Part shown: in pieces, positions 25,301 through 40,068 of the stretch
Position numbering within the stretch: the stretch's first letter is position 1
Layout of the letters: every line of letters starts with the position of its first letter
Assembly: GCA_017499595.2 (NCBI GenBank)
Contig: CM038998.1
Span: 4,464,001-4,528,000 of the forward strand
Direction: 5' to 3'
DNA from: Psilocybe cubensis
Lineage: Eukaryota
Length of the DNA: 64,000 nucleotides
Notes under the pieces: generated by a model
What the model saw: only the letters and a program-made list of their open reading frames with translations
Told to the model about the DNA's origin: nothing
The model's database searches: none
Program-made: the position numbers and the translations under genes

Positions 25301-27328
25301 ATAAATATCTCACTATGACGAATGTGACCCAAAGACGCAACGGAATACAACCCCAATACCAGACATTGGGTGTGTCTTGTGAACCATCTAAGATCTGGCG
25401 CGTTATACTTGAAGTCCTCGCGAAAGCTCTATTGCAACGCCGCTCCTCCTCGTGTTCCTGGCAGGTCGATATCAGCAGACCGTTGGATCTTTTTCGAGTT
25501 AACCGCCGTGGGTGAGCCAGCATCCAATCACTTCGCGACTCCATTTTTACTTGTCAAGATGATAAGACTGAATTGAAGCGGCAGTGAAAGGCCTTCTGAC
25601 GGGAAAAAATAACGCTTGCCGTCGAATGATGATTGGATTGTCGCCGCCTCCTTCTGCAATGCAACGTTACCGTGCTCCTCAATATCACCGGCTAAACACT
25701 CTGAAAAGACATTCGACCTGCAGTAACGGCAGTTAGCAAAGACGGTGACCTCTATCCTTACCAAACTGCGCCATTGCTGTTTGATTTGCCCCTATCCGTT
25801 TACTATACTATGTATACATGATTGACATCATGTCTACTAAGCTCGCGCTTGCTGACGGGGAGGAGCACTGCCGCGATGATGACGAGCGCCCAATTGGCTC
25901 AAATGTCGGCGACCACAAGGCATGACGACATCAGCAATGAGCCTCGTGGACGGTTGTGTTCGTTGTCAATTCAGTGATCAACATCACATCTCAGAAATAA
26001 TTTCATCTGATTGCTTTCCGAATTTTTTTCGATTGTTGTTCAATTCAAGCAACTACGAGTCTATATTTCTCCAGGGAACTCATTTCACATGTGAAGCATA
26101 TTAGGAAGTTTCAATACATTACAAGTAAGTAATCAGCATTCACTACTTCATTCTATTAACTCATGTCTACCGTATCATCCAAAACGTCCGCTGGTAAACA
26201 AAGTTGGATCGCTCCAGCGCGCCACCGACGAAGCATGTGGTGAAAGGCTACGTCTGTTGATTTTTGCGGTCCCCTATATTTAAATGCCTAAGCCCCTAGA
26301 TTTGTAGCCATTATCTCCCAATCGCGGAACGGAATTGCGGCATGCCAAGTCCAATTTCAACCGCCAGAGTGGTACAGCAAGCTAAGTTTGGGAGGAGCTT
26401 TTACTATTTACGGTATTGAGATAACATAGTTTTGAATATGATAGCAAGTGTGTTTTTTTACCCAGACCCCAGTCTTTTGAGCTCAGAAGAGAAGTTCACT
26501 TGCCAACAATTATCGTCATCTCTCCATTTCACAAGAGCGGTAATCCTTGCGGCCGCCACGACTCATATTCAAGCCATCTGCCAAAGTAGGCAGCATAACG
26601 AGAGATATGGGTGGGTAGATGCTCGAAGAATTTACCGCTCATGGTCATCGAGGTGGTACGATGTTTGAAGGAAAGTCTGTGATATGTAGCAATCCAAGAG
26701 AGGGATAGATAGAGAAGGGAGGGATACAGAGCATAGAGGATGGAGAGAAGAGTACTCTACCTTGCTCGGCTTTTATAGATTTCAATGCTCTTAACCCCAC
26801 GCGAGCTCTGAGAATGTGCCTGACGTGATCGTTCTGGAATCTAGACTAAATCTTCCATTCGCCATTTTGATAGGATATACGTTACCGGACATGAATGCAC
26901 TTACGCAACCAAGCACACAGATTATACAAACATTGTCCCGAAGACGAGTTACATTGTCAGCTCTTGTAGCCATTTTTACCATCCCTGTCAAAAATAGTAA
27001 CCTATTCAGAAGTAACCTCATGATTGGATAGGCTGACGGTTCAATCAGATTTGCGAACATATTTAGTTCAAGATGGACTATGAATTGAAGTCCATAGCAA
27101 ATATAAATGGAGGATCTTATCTTATCTAAGTTCTAGGTTGATGACATCATAGGCCTCTTTGAGAATCAGTATGGTAGGCTGGCATGGAGCGCAAAGGTTT
27201 TAGAGTCTCGCATTATAAGATCGAAGGCTACATAAAATGAGCTCATCGTTTCGTCGTGGGTGGAGTTTCAACAAAGTTGGGAGTATATAACGGAGCAGCT
27301 TTCTTATCGGTTAGTTGTTTAGAACAAA

Positions 27329-28166
27329 ATGAATACCAATACTGGACCTCATTCAACACCAACGGCATCAGAGACCGGGACTAAGGGCTCGGATTTCGGG
27401 AATAAGATAAGGTACGTCGAAAAATTTTCTTGCCTTACACCTGGAAATTTATATCTTCAAGGGGAGCCGTGGAAGTGGTTCATGGTATGTCGCAATGGCA
27501 ACGTCCTACCATTCACCTAATAACCCATAAAGTGTACAGGAGCGGGTGAGAACTTGCGTGGAACAATGTTAGGGGCGGTGGATACCATGGTGCACCGAGG
27601 CCCGACGACGAATGACGATATTGCGCAACAGGGCAGGCTCGAGATGGAACGTGGGCTTGCTCACCTGCGCGGGCCGCAGCACCATCCACTTGGCGCTAGT
27701 TCTACACATGCTCGTGAAGCGCCGTTATCTCACTCTTCTACGACCACCGGAGTTGCCGGAGAAACACCGGGGACCTATGGAAAAACATCGTCATCCATTG
27801 AAGCTACTCCAGGACCTACAAATACCTCTTTTAAAGGTTTGTAGCGGATTAATATATCTCGCAGTCCACACTAACAGCCAACAAAACTGTCATATGGGAA
27901 TAGGAGGAGAAACTACTTACCCGAGTCACCATCGCGAAGACGCGATAGCTGGTGTGCCCTCGCCTCAACTTCACGAAATCCAGGCTATGGAAAATCATCC
28001 AAACCAGGCTCAAAATATGAACTCTGAATATGACCCTTCTCGAGCACCATATCGTCACCCAGTCGGACACACAGATTACGCACCCAAAGTCCCACCAAGA
28101 GACTTCAAAGATGCTGGCTTAGGCGTTGGTGCTGGCAACACACCTAACAACAGACCGGTAAACTGA
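27329..28166 (+). CDS. Hydrophilic fungal hypothetical protein (multi-exon)
   Basis: TATA near 27283. Exons ..FGNKIR|GAVEVVHG|AGENLRGTMLGAVD..GRLEMERG with canonical splice sites. Confidence 0.65.
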
Positions 28167-29667
28167 TGGGTTGAACATGTACGATAATCTTGCTGCCGTT
28201 GTGGAGTGAGACAATGGACTATATATGTTAGTGTACATTAAATGAAATGAAAATGAACGAATTTTTCGTACTATGATCTTACATTGTGAATGACGAATTC
28301 ACAATGCTTGACATGATACTGCTGTGAACGCGACAGATGATTTAGGTTACCTTTTCTTCGACGATAGCAGTTTGCAAATATTGCCAATGCGAACGTCAGG
28401 CGGCGGCGAAAGGATTGTACTCCGATGTAACAATCTGTAAGCAGTTCGAGCAACATGACTTGATGAGTGGAGTGCACAGGTGGATTGCTTGACAGCAACC
28501 GCGACCAGCGGTATTTTGGCTAAATATGTAGGTTGAAATGTCACGGCGGGATATTATAATCTTCTGATTTGAGGTGCTGAATACTGATAAACAATCTTTT
28601 ATACAAAACGGGTTTTCATAAGCCAAAAGTAGACCAAAATTGTAACTGGAATAAACCTACAGTATCACTGAATAGTCAAGTGAGGTCAAGTGAGTGGATC
28701 CCAGATTTTAAATCCAACGTCGCACCATATTGTCAGATCGGTGGACCGTATTGATTTTGAAGGAAATTATTGATACTACTCCACACAAATCAAGTCATGG
28801 AGTTTGACCAAACGACACTGGAAGCTTGAACGCTAAGCTTGAAGAAAGGATCGGGTTCTCAACGTCAACGTCGACAATGAAACCTAACTTCGGGATTAAG
28901 CTTCGCGATTCATCATTCAATATTCAATCTCAGACCGAGCTCAGCTGGAAATTCACTTATGTAATATGCTTTGTTTACACGTGAACAGTACGCGGCTTCT
29001 TTGAAGCCGGGTACCCGTCATGAGGACTCAGGTACAAGTCATGCAACGCGCATCCCATGAGTTTGATGCTTGATTCTAATATGGTAGCGCGGTATTCCTA
29101 TTGATTCACTTGCGATCAGGTAGAAGCGACGCCAATGACAGACAGGACAGGAAGCGTAACCCTTTAAAGGCAAAAATCCAAAAATACATTTGTTATTGTA
29201 GCGAACGAAATGACAAAGTGAGTGGGAGTGAGATGCAGTCGCAGGGCGTTGCTGATTATCGGTTGAATTGAAGTGAAAAAGAAGTGATGCGTAGTGATAC
29301 ATGTGGTTAGAGTACAATATGCGATCTGTTATAGAAGAAAGATGAAGGGAAACTTTTTGAGATTATTAAAAGATTAAGAAGCGGCGGATCCGAACGGCAT
29401 ATGAACGTTTCAAGGAATCTGAAAGGTGAATCAAAGGATGGGATTTTGTGTGGAGCGATGAATGATATGGCAAGCGGATAAAAAGTGTCTATGCAAGAGG
29501 GTATTCGCGGAAAATGAAAATCGAATGACAAACGACTGCGGGCGCATTTGTTGTTGACATTATTGGCCTGAATGTCAAGGGTATCTGGTGGTCATAAGAA
29601 ACAAAGAATCGTAAGAAAGAGAACAGTCTGGTGTCAGATGCCTGATAGTGACTGTCTTGCGTTGTTA

Positions 29668-31694
29668 TTACAGCAGTCGTAAGGATTTGATGACTTGGTG
29701 TAGGTCGTTATTCCATTCGCCAGACCAATTCTGAGGCTTTTCGGCGACGTCAAGCCGATGAATGTGTCCGACGTGAAGATCGTCGTCGTCGTCATTGACA
29801 GGAATCAACCATATTGACCTGTTTGCTAAACGCCTTTCGCTCAGTATTGACGTCGACGTCGAACGACTGTGGGAGGCGATGCTCGGGCGTTCGGAAGATG
29901 CGGCACTATAAGAATTAGATCGACTCAGGGTAGATGAAGCATAGGACAGAGCGTCCAGCTCTATCGATTGCTCCGCCTCGGATTCATCGTCGGAATGCCC
30001 GTTTGAGCTAAGTTCCGGTGTAGACTTGGGATTCGGCACAGCTGTCGGAGAAGGAGGGGAAAATACGATGGGAGAAGCAGGTGGCTGAGGTATGGAGGTG
30101 GATGAATCGTTCATATTTCTCCAGGATTCAGAAAGGTCGTCTGCAAGACCAAACTGATGGAGATCATCCGTAATAGTTGATGCGCTAACGGAATCACGAG
30201 TTCGGGCGCCAGATCGAATGAACATAGAACCTAGGCTGCTCATGGATACACTAGCACGTCGGAAAGCAGTTGAGTTCCTATCTTTTCTGACCGGCGAAGG
30301 GTCAGAAGGACGCCGTGAAGTGGAATTTTTAAATATAACGCTGCTGGGTAAATCATCGCCCAACGTACGAGCTAGCTTGCTGATATTACGTTGACGATGA
30401 TCGACTGGCGTCACAGGGCGACTATCACTATACTCGTCATTCTCGTTGGGATGATCGGAAAATGTCGTCCTCGACGATGATTGGTCGCTGCTGAACAGAG
30501 ATGAGGGCGTTGTATTTGACTTCCCATTATCTTCATTGCTGGAATGGAGCGAGCGGTCGTCGGGGAAGAACGGCGTTGTAGGTTCGCCAGTTTCGCCGAT
30601 GAAATGAATAGTACTGAGAGACGAAGTCGAACCATTCGAGATTGAATAGGTTTGTTGAGGTGGGATAGGATGTATTGCTCTTGGTTCTTCCTTCGCTTTA
30701 CCTTTGCCTTTGTCCAGTCGAGCCTTACGTTTACCCAAAATTTTGAGGAGACTTGGGGATGACACAGCGCCGGGCGGCTTTGGACGTGATGCAAGCCCGC
30801 CTCGACCACTTGGACGTATGAGAGTGTCGGTTTGCGTTGAGGATGATTTCTGAGTGGAGGAATCTTTCGGGGGGACCAATGGAGCCAGCGGCTTGGGTCT
30901 GGAACCAAGTCCACCGCGCCCACTAGGCCGAATTAAAGTCGGTCGATGCTCTTGCTTTACTATGAGTGTTGGATCAGGCTTCTGGGCATTTGGGCCAAAT
31001 TGACGAATACGAGACCCGGAACCGCCTCTCCCAACGACACGCAGAGAAGACCCGCTCTGCTGCGACGCGTCGGAGGATTTGTTGCTACCTCGAGAACCGC
31101 TTGACCCTCCAGATGCGACTGAGAGCACAGATTGCGCCCCGCGGGACACGGCCGCCATTGAGGATTCACGAGAGAGACGTGCTCGCAGGCTTGAATATAT
31201 ACTTTGGCCAACTTCGTCAGGTTGTGGTGGATTCGATTCCAGGGAATCCCGGGAAAAACCCGCTATGTAATGTTAATCACAGATCAATAAGGGAAAGATG
31301 AAAAAAGATGCTCACAACTGCCTTTAATACGAGTATCTATATGAATAGAAGGTTTTTCTCGTTCCCAGGAGTGGTGGGAATCACTACGGCTGGGAGGACA
31401 TGTCTCCATATCATTTAGGAGCGAAGCGACAGTGTGAGTTGGGGAGACGGGTGTCTGGACCTCAGAATTATTTGTAGACGAAGACGATGAGGCTACAGGT
31501 GCATGTTGAAATGTCGAGGTTGAAGGGTGTTTGTCTCCAGTCAAAGATAGTGGTGCGGCAAGCCGTGCGGCTTCAAAAGATGCAGGTCGCCCAAAAACTT
31601 TGGCTGTCTTGTTAGACGGTTTCGAGACGGACGCACGTAGGTTGCTGCGCGGTCCCAACGGTCGCTTTGGGGTAACCCTTGGACGGTTGAGCAT
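29668..31694 (-). CDS. Ser/Pro-rich disordered protein with repeated GRGGxG motifs (DUF3602/Par32-like)
   Basis: 496-aa ORF plus an upstream exon. GRGGSG, GRGGLG and GRGGLA repeats; KLARTLG; WSGEWN..VIKSLRLL C-terminus. Confidence 0.65.
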
Positions 31695-34600
31695 GAGTTG
31701 GGCAAGAATAGAGGTGCACCGGTATAAAATGGGGGGCGGGCTATATTGCTTACTTACTCCCAAGGATATAATAATGATGGTATGTGGGTGGCATCAGGAT
31801 AGTCAGTTGATATCGTGCGCCGGTTATGTACGAGTATCCAAGTTTCCAGGGATGAAGTCATGAATATATGCCACATCACAGATACAAACCCCGCCGCGTT
31901 GCAGATCTCATCACAGGGGCCATATGCCACCCGGTCCATTTCCTGTTATCTAGTCAGTTTCACCAGCTGTAAGTCATGTTTTCTTCTCTGTATCCTGTCT
32001 TCTCAGCGAAGGAACGTCCTATCTGACGTTCAAAATGAGGGAGAAGAACTTCAATTGGAAGAGCTTTAGCCATATTGCCTTTAGTCTTTTCTGAATTCGA
32101 CGGTGAGCCGAATGACCACCGAAGAAGATGGGTTGTTGATGAGTTGAAATTAAAAAGATGTGGTAAGGGAATATGTAAACTATACCTTGATGACTTTGAT
32201 ACGGCATTCAAATGGACGAATGGGTCACCACGGAGAGCGTCAAAAGCGTAGCGGAGAAAACGCCAAGTTGTTTGCCAAGATCGTGTATAAAAAATATTAG
32301 TTCCAAATTTATTCAAAATCAATGCGAACTAAATTGAAAAAACGTTTCATGATCAAGCCTGAGATCGCGAGTTGTAGCTTTCTATTTTCTCAATCTACCT
32401 CAATTCCATCAACGCAAAATCTAAACTCCAAGACTCTGATCATCTATCTATGTATCTTCCATGATTCAGTGCCTTACATGCCCGAGTCAGACTTGTCGAA
32501 AACTAGAAATCTGGCGTCCTCTACATCGTCGCATTCACCGGATTCGGAGCCCACAGTGGCTCCGTATGTCTCGTGTGCTGCATCTTGGAAACGACTTGAC
32601 TATACACGCCCTTTCATGACTCAACGCTCATTGAGGCTTTGAGCAATAACCTAAAGGTCAGGGTGGGCTTCATGTCTCGTGAGTGTCTCGTGGCTCTCTC
32701 TCTGTGTATCATGGCCAGGTTGAAATTGACATGATGGTTACAGGTATTAACGTTAAACAATCAAGGGAACTTGAAGATGCTAGGTGAAATATGGATTATC
32801 CATACCAAAAAAGTGTAGTGATTCCTTTCTTTTGCCCTGAAACTATAATCGTGGCTTGTCGGATTCTGGTACACCACAATCTGATGGCAAAAGGCAGAAG
32901 CCAAAATCGTATGCTTCGCCATACGGTATCTTATACTGCGGTGTGCCCACTGGGAATAATAATCCAAGTGGGCATCGAGCTACACTGCCGGTTGATGCCA
33001 ACCAACAAAACTTTGCGGTGTCTCCGGTCTTGGGATTCCCTGATCCATCGTCAATCCCACAACGCCAGGTGCTGCCATACTCTGTAGTCATATGAGACTC
33101 GACAAAGGATCCAAGAGTACGCCTCTTGCCGACAAATCTATCTTTCATTCGGCTGAATAGCAGCTAAATTCAGAGTCTTTCATTCCAGTCGGCGGCCGAT
33201 TTAACTGACTGTTCTGGTTACCATTTGTTAGGATACTCTTTGGCTCTATTCTTAGTCCCGGGTGATCTTCGAGTCTTGACTCTTGACAAACGCCAATACA
33301 TCTACGTCGAATTGCAACTTTCTATCCATGCTGTCTGCTGCTTGCCGTTCGCCGTCACCCCGCATTTTGTCGACTGCCGCCTCCTTAAATGCGATGTCGA
33401 CCGCTTCGATGACATCAGACACCATTTATGATACATGTACATATCGATGGCTGCGGGAAAAAAGGCCAGTTAATTAGTCTGTCAGTCTATCAATAACCTG
33501 GATATCCAAAGCTGACAGCTATTTACGAAACATTGTAGGTAATTATACGGTTGTGCTTATTTAAGTACGGCCAAGGCGCAGCTCAGCGGCGACGATCCTT
33601 TCGTTTCGTATCAGGGTTGATTCAATGTATAGTAGGTGAATGAATGGCCGCAATCTGGTATATAAGTCGCAGCTGCAAAACCAAAGCGACCTGTCTCCAT
33701 GCCGCTCTGATTTTATGGAAGAAATGCCGTGTTATTGTAACATGTCAGAGCGGAATTTTCTTGACACTTCAAATTACATTCTTCTATCATCGCAATACCG
33801 TCCGTCACTGGGCCGTCTTGAAGCCCAAGATTACTTGACACCTTCTATACGCTTCTTGCTCGTATCTACATATACCCTTTCGCAAGGTTTACAGGACAAT
33901 TTTTGGCCATGTTTATTGTTTACCAAGGGTCTACCTGTCCGCTGAGGAGTAGAGTATGTCCTGCATCCCAGGGCCGGCCACTTGAGGCACCCGTTGACTA
34001 GTCAAACGTACGGTTTGAATAGAATCAATACGGCGAGAAACCTAGAAAAAATTTACCCTGACAATGGACTCTGGAGACACGGCTTCGCAACTATACACTC
34101 CACATATCATAATTCAAGGGATACAAATTACGGCTCTCAACTTCAATTGTATATACGATCATATCTTCGGATTTTTCCACCAATACAACCGTAATATTTG
34201 AATGCCCATGGCATTCTCCGTGCATGCGCAATAAACCGAAGAGGGGACCCTTCTGTCAAGTTACTGTTATGGACTTTTGGTAAACAACGTCTGCTTCGGG
34301 TAAGGCCCCTAGTGAGTAGGTCCACTTCCCTTTAATTGCCGTAACCAATCCGTCACAGGCTGGACTCTGGAGCGAATTCAAATTCGATACACCCCCGTCG
34401 ATCTTGTCAAAGTAAGCATACCAGAGAATACAGAAGAACGCCAGCTTGAAATCAACGCTCGGTACGTCACTTAAGCGGGGCACCAGTGGAGAACCCCAGA
34501 AGCGACGATCGACGCGGATGCTCAGAGAGGTTTGCACGCCGGATCGAACGACGCCACGTCGGAGGAAATATATACACAGGGTTCAGATCCTAGAACATCC

Positions 34601-34995
34601 CTTGCTCACACTAGTTGTCGTCGAGTGAGCACTAGAATACACAGAATATTTGAAGACAATCCAGTTTTTATACCCATAGGCAATTTAGCCGCCCAAAACG
34701 CGAATTAATCGTCAGAACATGTGGAGTGAACTGTGAAGATAATCCTGAACCGAAGAGGGAATAGAAAGTAGGCTCTTTTCCTTGAGTTAGAAGCGAGAAT
34801 GACGTATGGACAGCGTGGCCAAAAGGCATGGTCGGAAATTTTTCAAGTCTAAGTGGTATTACCGTCAGCTAGTACAGATGAGGCGTCTATGTATCTCCGA
34901 AATTGGGTTAGAAGGTATGTGTATAGTTCTAAAATCGTGTGAGATTTCAACATGCCAAATCAAAATTGATGCGCTGCACCGTGTGCTACGACTGG

Positions 34996-36025
34996 TCATC
35001 TATGTTTGTGCTTTGGGTTCAGGTCTTGACCATCGGCTAACAGAACAGGTTCTTCATGGTCTTTCGACGCTGGTGGCTCTCCCATCGCCTTTCGCAGCTG
35101 CGCAGAATGCAAGAGCTTCGCATATCGGGGCTGCACAAAGGTTGCAGAAGCTTCCACCAGCAAAGTTCCGCTCAGGTCTTCAACACGACCGGTGACTGAG
35201 GCCTTGCGACCTTTGACATCCTGGATACGTGTCTTGATGACCACAAACTGTCATTCATGGGATTGGTGTGGGCGAATTGGTTGCGGCATCAGAAGGACAG
35301 AAAACGCACCTGGTCAGCCATGGTCGGGGCCCGGTAATTCAGGGTGAGTTGTGCGGTAACGCCCACTTTCTCAGGAAGATTGCTAATGGCCTGAAGATAT
35401 TTTTTTAAGCGTGGGCTGAACCTTTTTTGCTGCTTGAGCTATTGGGGAAGGAAATACTCACCGTTCGCGCAAGGGTCTCATCCAACAGAGTTGCCAACAG
35501 ACCGCCGTGTATGATCCCATCGTGGCCACACATTCCTCTTCCCAGGTGCAAAAATACGATGCTCTCTGATTCATCGTGCTTTACTCTGATTAAAGGCAGC
35601 AAAGCAAGTTTTCCCGGACCTCTCAAGGCACCAGCCGTTAGGTTGTTTACCCTCCTCTCCTCAGGGAAATTCTGATACGGTCGCGTCTCATACCAATCCT
35701 TGGCATCTTCACTCTCCCTAAGCGCTTTGAGTAACGGAAGCGTCTGAAGCTTTTCTTCCAAGTTCTGCGTATACGCTTTGGATTCCGGAGAGTCGGGTTC
35801 GGCAGGGGGGCCGGGTGCAACTCTAGGGAAGAGAATGCTTAACGGAGGTGGTGGGTAGATGGCCCCAAGCGTGCCCGCAACCACAGAGGCTACTGCAACA
35901 GCTGTCAGCGTTCCGAGGTATCGTTTCTGCCGTGGTGGTGGTGCTGATGGTGGTGCAGTCGAGAGCAATCGAACTCGAGGTGCCAGTACGTTCCGCTGGA
36001 CTATCCTGAGCATTTTTGTTGACAT
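34996..36025 (-). CDS. PaaI/THEM4-like hotdog-fold thioesterase, probably mitochondrial
   Basis: HLGRGMCGHDGIIHGGLLATLLDETL, VTAQLTLNYRAPT, LLVEASATFVQP. Arg-rich N-terminal presequence. Confidence 0.88.
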
Positions 36026-36825
36026 TTTGGCACTCCCTTCCGAATTCTATAGACCTGGAGTGTGTTTGGAGACTGTGAGGGCTGGAAACGACGTGGATGG
36101 TGGCCAAGTCATCGACGACCACATTATCGAGGACCCGTGTGTGGCTGTGTCATTTTCATGCATATGGAAACAAAAAAAGCCGGGTACCGAGTTAGGGGCT
36201 AAACACTATTTACGGTAAGTAGGAAGGCGAGCAAAATACGAGAAATGTCGCGAACATCATCACAGTCTGCCAAGTTGTTATTGTTTTCATCTTGGAACAC
36301 AGCTTATTGAGTACATATGGATTCAATCGAAGCCTGTGGACCAATAAATAATATATTTATTGCATATGGCTTTTGACTGAACAATAATAGTCGATTATGA
36401 CGCGTTCAGTTCACTTCTAGCCGTCATGTTCGTATGTTATGCTTACCTTGCTAAATGCTAGCATACATATATCGGCAATTATTCTCAACGAATGCCTGGG
36501 ATACCCCCTCTGCTTGTAATGGTGAGTTGATTTAAGGTAGCTATTAATTGGTGTATACGGCACTTCACCTAATACTGCAATCCCATGACGTACAGTACCT
36601 GATATTATATCATTTCATATAGACTTGGATGATTGGATGATTGAGGGAAGGCCTACTTATGTAGCCTAGTAGGCAGAAATGAGAAAAGCTGACGTTTGCT
36701 CAAGATCAAAGATTGAAGTTGCTTCCAAGGGTTATCTGATGGGATTACTAATCGAGAGGCGTTTATAACACAATCTTGCCCCTGTCTGAACTCAACCGTA
36801 TCTTTCTTTTTCCTCAACACACATT

Positions 36826-38326
36826 ATGCCCACAATCACAGCAGGCGACAAGGTTCTAGTCTCTGGAGCTAATGGCTATATCGCCATGTGGGCGGTTCGT
36901 CTGTTCCTAGAGCGGGGGTATCTTGTCCGAGGAACTGTTCGCTCTGAGGATAAAGCTGTTTTTATGAAGGAGTACTTTAACTCCCTTGGGTTTGGCGATA
37001 AATTTGAGACATTTATAGTTGAGGATATTGTCAAGGTGGGTGTCAAAAAATCGTGGATAACAGCGATACTGATGTTATACATGTATAGGAAGGAGCTTTT
37101 GACGAGGCTGTTAAAGGAGTGGACGCAATCGCTCACATGGCATCGCCGTTCCATTCTAATGTGAAAGACCCAGAAGGTAGAAAGGATATCGGTAATACTT
37201 CTGCCTTAAAATTGACGCTTTTCAGAATTTTATAGGCCAGCCATCCAAGGAACAGTAGGCATTCTCAAGAGCGCTGTCAAGAACGGGTAGGTAGATCATC
37301 TCAATGAAAGGAAACGGAACTGACGGATGAATAACCCGAAAGCGAAAAAGTGAAACGCGTCGTTATTACTTCTTCCTGTGCAGCTGTAATGTCGCCACCT
37401 GAGAAGCCAACCAAGTTCAGTGAGCTCGACTGGAACACGCTGTCTCCAAAGCAGGTTGAAGAGAACGGCGCAAACACACCGCCCATGACCATCTACCGTG
37501 CCTCCAAGACCCTTGCTGAAAAAGGTATGCTTTTCTTATCTCGCTCGCGTAAAACATCTTCCGCATTTGAACTTCTTATCAGGTGCATGGGAATACCACG
37601 AGAAGCACAAAGGCGATGTCCAATGGGATCTGAGTGTCATAAATCCGCCTTTTGTGAGATTTTCCGTGGACATTGAGCATTGCCGTACCGAACTGCACTG
37701 ACATGTCTGGTTATGCGTTTATTGATAGGTTTTTGGGGTAAATTATCTTGACATCATCTCTTGAAAAAACGCACTGAGATCCCGTACAGCCTCCCATCCA
37801 CGACGTTAAATCAGTCATAACTCTCAACACATCCCTGCAAATTTGGTATAATCATGTGGTCGCTGGATTAATTAATACCAAGGAGGCTCTGTCTGACTCG
37901 AACTCCTGGGTTGATGTCCGTGATACCGCACTAGCGCATGTTTTGGCATTAGAAAAGGCCGAAGCTGGAGGAGAACGTATCATAACCACAGGAGGTACTT
38001 TACAGCGCCTCTTCAGGACTATTCAGGTGCTAATCACTTCTGACAGGAGGATATATTTGGCAGGAGTGGCGTAAGTTTATATGCAAGGTTATGTCAAGCG
38101 GATTAATTCAAGCTTTCCAACAGTCAACGTCGCCAATTCCATCACTCCATCGCCAATCCCTTCACATAAGCTGCCTGTTGGGTATCCCGACATTCTTGAC
38201 GGTGAAACAGTCGTCAAAATCACGTACGATAAATCAAAAGAAGAACGAATTCTTGGAATCAAGTTTCACACAAAACTGGAAACCACCAAGGATACTCTGG
38301 AGGACTTTGCTAGGCGTGGGTGGTAA
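36826..38326 (+). CDS. GRE2/Ari1-like NAD(P)-dependent reductase, copy 3
   Basis: VLVSGANGYIA, HMASP, IYRASK, WVDVRD. Multi-exon. Confidence 0.92.
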
Positions 38327-38583
38327 GGGTTGCTGATAAAGAAAAGAGGGCGAAAACAATTTGTTGAAAGGGAAGGAGCCATGTGTAAGCAACGGGTTGT
38401 CGTAGTTAGCTTTTTGCGAGGAACTTCGTCGTCAATGACTATGATCACCTCGATTGTTAAATACATACGTCACTCGGAAGTTTAGACCACACTTGACATT
38501 TGCTAGTTGCTTGAAACTCTACAAATTATCAGAGGGAAAAGAAAAAAAGAGACGGTACGCATTGATTATTAATTCTATTCTCT

Positions 38584-40068
38584 TCACCAACCTCGTTTGG
38601 CAAAATCCTCCAACGTATCCCTCGTAGTTTCATACATATTTCGGAATTTAATTCCCAGTATGCGTTCTTCCTTGGATTTATCATATGTGATGTGAACAAC
38701 CCTTTCACCTTCCAGGATCTCAGGATACCCAACAGGTAACTTCCGAGAAGGAAAAGGAGACGGAGAAATTGAGTTGGCCACAGCAACTGAGTTTGCGCGT
38801 CAGGTCTGGTCGTAAAATAAGGAGAATAAAGCCTTACGCCATTCCTGCCAAATAAAACCTCCTGTCGAAAGTACGGGTTGGTGAGAGCAAAAAAATACTG
38901 AAAATTACACACCTTCTGTGATAATGATACGCTCTCCACCTGCTTCAGGTTTTTCCAATGACAAGACATGAGCGAGAGCGGCATCCCGGACATCAATCCA
39001 GCATGTAGAATCGGAGAGATCTTCCTTTGTGATGTTTCTCCCATCCACCACATTATCAAACCATGACTGCATAGAGGTGTTCAGTGACGATGAGGAGTCT
39101 ACCTTGTGAATTGGTGGCTATGATTCATTTTGAACACAATATACTTCATGAGAAGATACTTAATACTCACCCCAAATATCTGAGAGTATATTGGTGTTGA
39201 TTAGTACATGGAAATGAAAGACGTGAGACGATTCAACTGACAAATGGTGGGTTCAGAACCGTCAAATCCCAATGGATTTCACTTTTATGCTGCTCATAAT
39301 ACTCCCAAGCGGCTGTACAGGGTGAATATATTGTAGAGAGCGCATGTCTAAAACATACCTTTTTCTGCCAAGCTCTTAGAAGCGCGGTAAATCGTCCAGG
39401 GCTGTAATTTCGATCCAAACTCCTCAACTAGTTTTGGATCTTTGGTGTTCCAGTCACTCGCGCTAAAAGTCGTTGGTTGATCTGGAGGAGACATAACGGC
39501 AGCAGTCGAGGATGTGATGACAATTCTCTTCACTTTTGTTCTAATAGAAATATTATGATAATAAGTAATGTTCAGATAGTTTCACGGAAATTCAATTACC
39601 CAGTGCTACTGGCGCTCTTCAAGATGCCGACTGTTCCTTCAATTGCCGGTCCCAGAAATTCTGTCGCGACGTCGACTAAGCAGGTTTGCGAACACTAGAA
39701 CAGAGAAGAACACCAGCCTTGTGGATCACTGATATTGACATGAAAAGGTGAAGCCATATGGGCAATTGCATCGACACCTTTGACCGCTTCGTCGAATGCG
39801 CCATTCTAGATTGACGCAATAAATCCACGTTTCATGGTAAATGCTTGCTATTCCAAACCTTGGAAATATCTTTAACAATAACAAGCTCGAGCCTCTTTCC
39901 TAACCCAATTGAGTTGAAGTAATTTTTCACATCCTGTGCTTTATCATCGGAGCGAACAGTTCCACGAACTGAATAACCACGTTCAAGGAAGAGACGTGTT
40001 GCCCACATTGCAGCGTAGCCATTTGCTCCAGTGACTAGCACCTTATCACCCTTAGAGATCGTAGGCAT
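38584..40068 (-). CDS. GRE2/Ari1-like NAD(P)-dependent reductase, copy 4
   Basis: MPTISKGDKVLVTGANGYAA, IYRASK, WIDVRD, ending DFAKRGW*. Confidence 0.9.

Noticed and set aside
31700..34990. Many 60-120 aa ORFs in the intergenic region
   Set aside because: No motifs, codon bias or consistent splice structure.
34996..36025. Thioesterase as part of a biosynthetic cluster with the reductases
   Set aside because: It looks like a housekeeping mitochondrial hotdog thioesterase, and no PKS, NRPS or terpene synthase is in the window.
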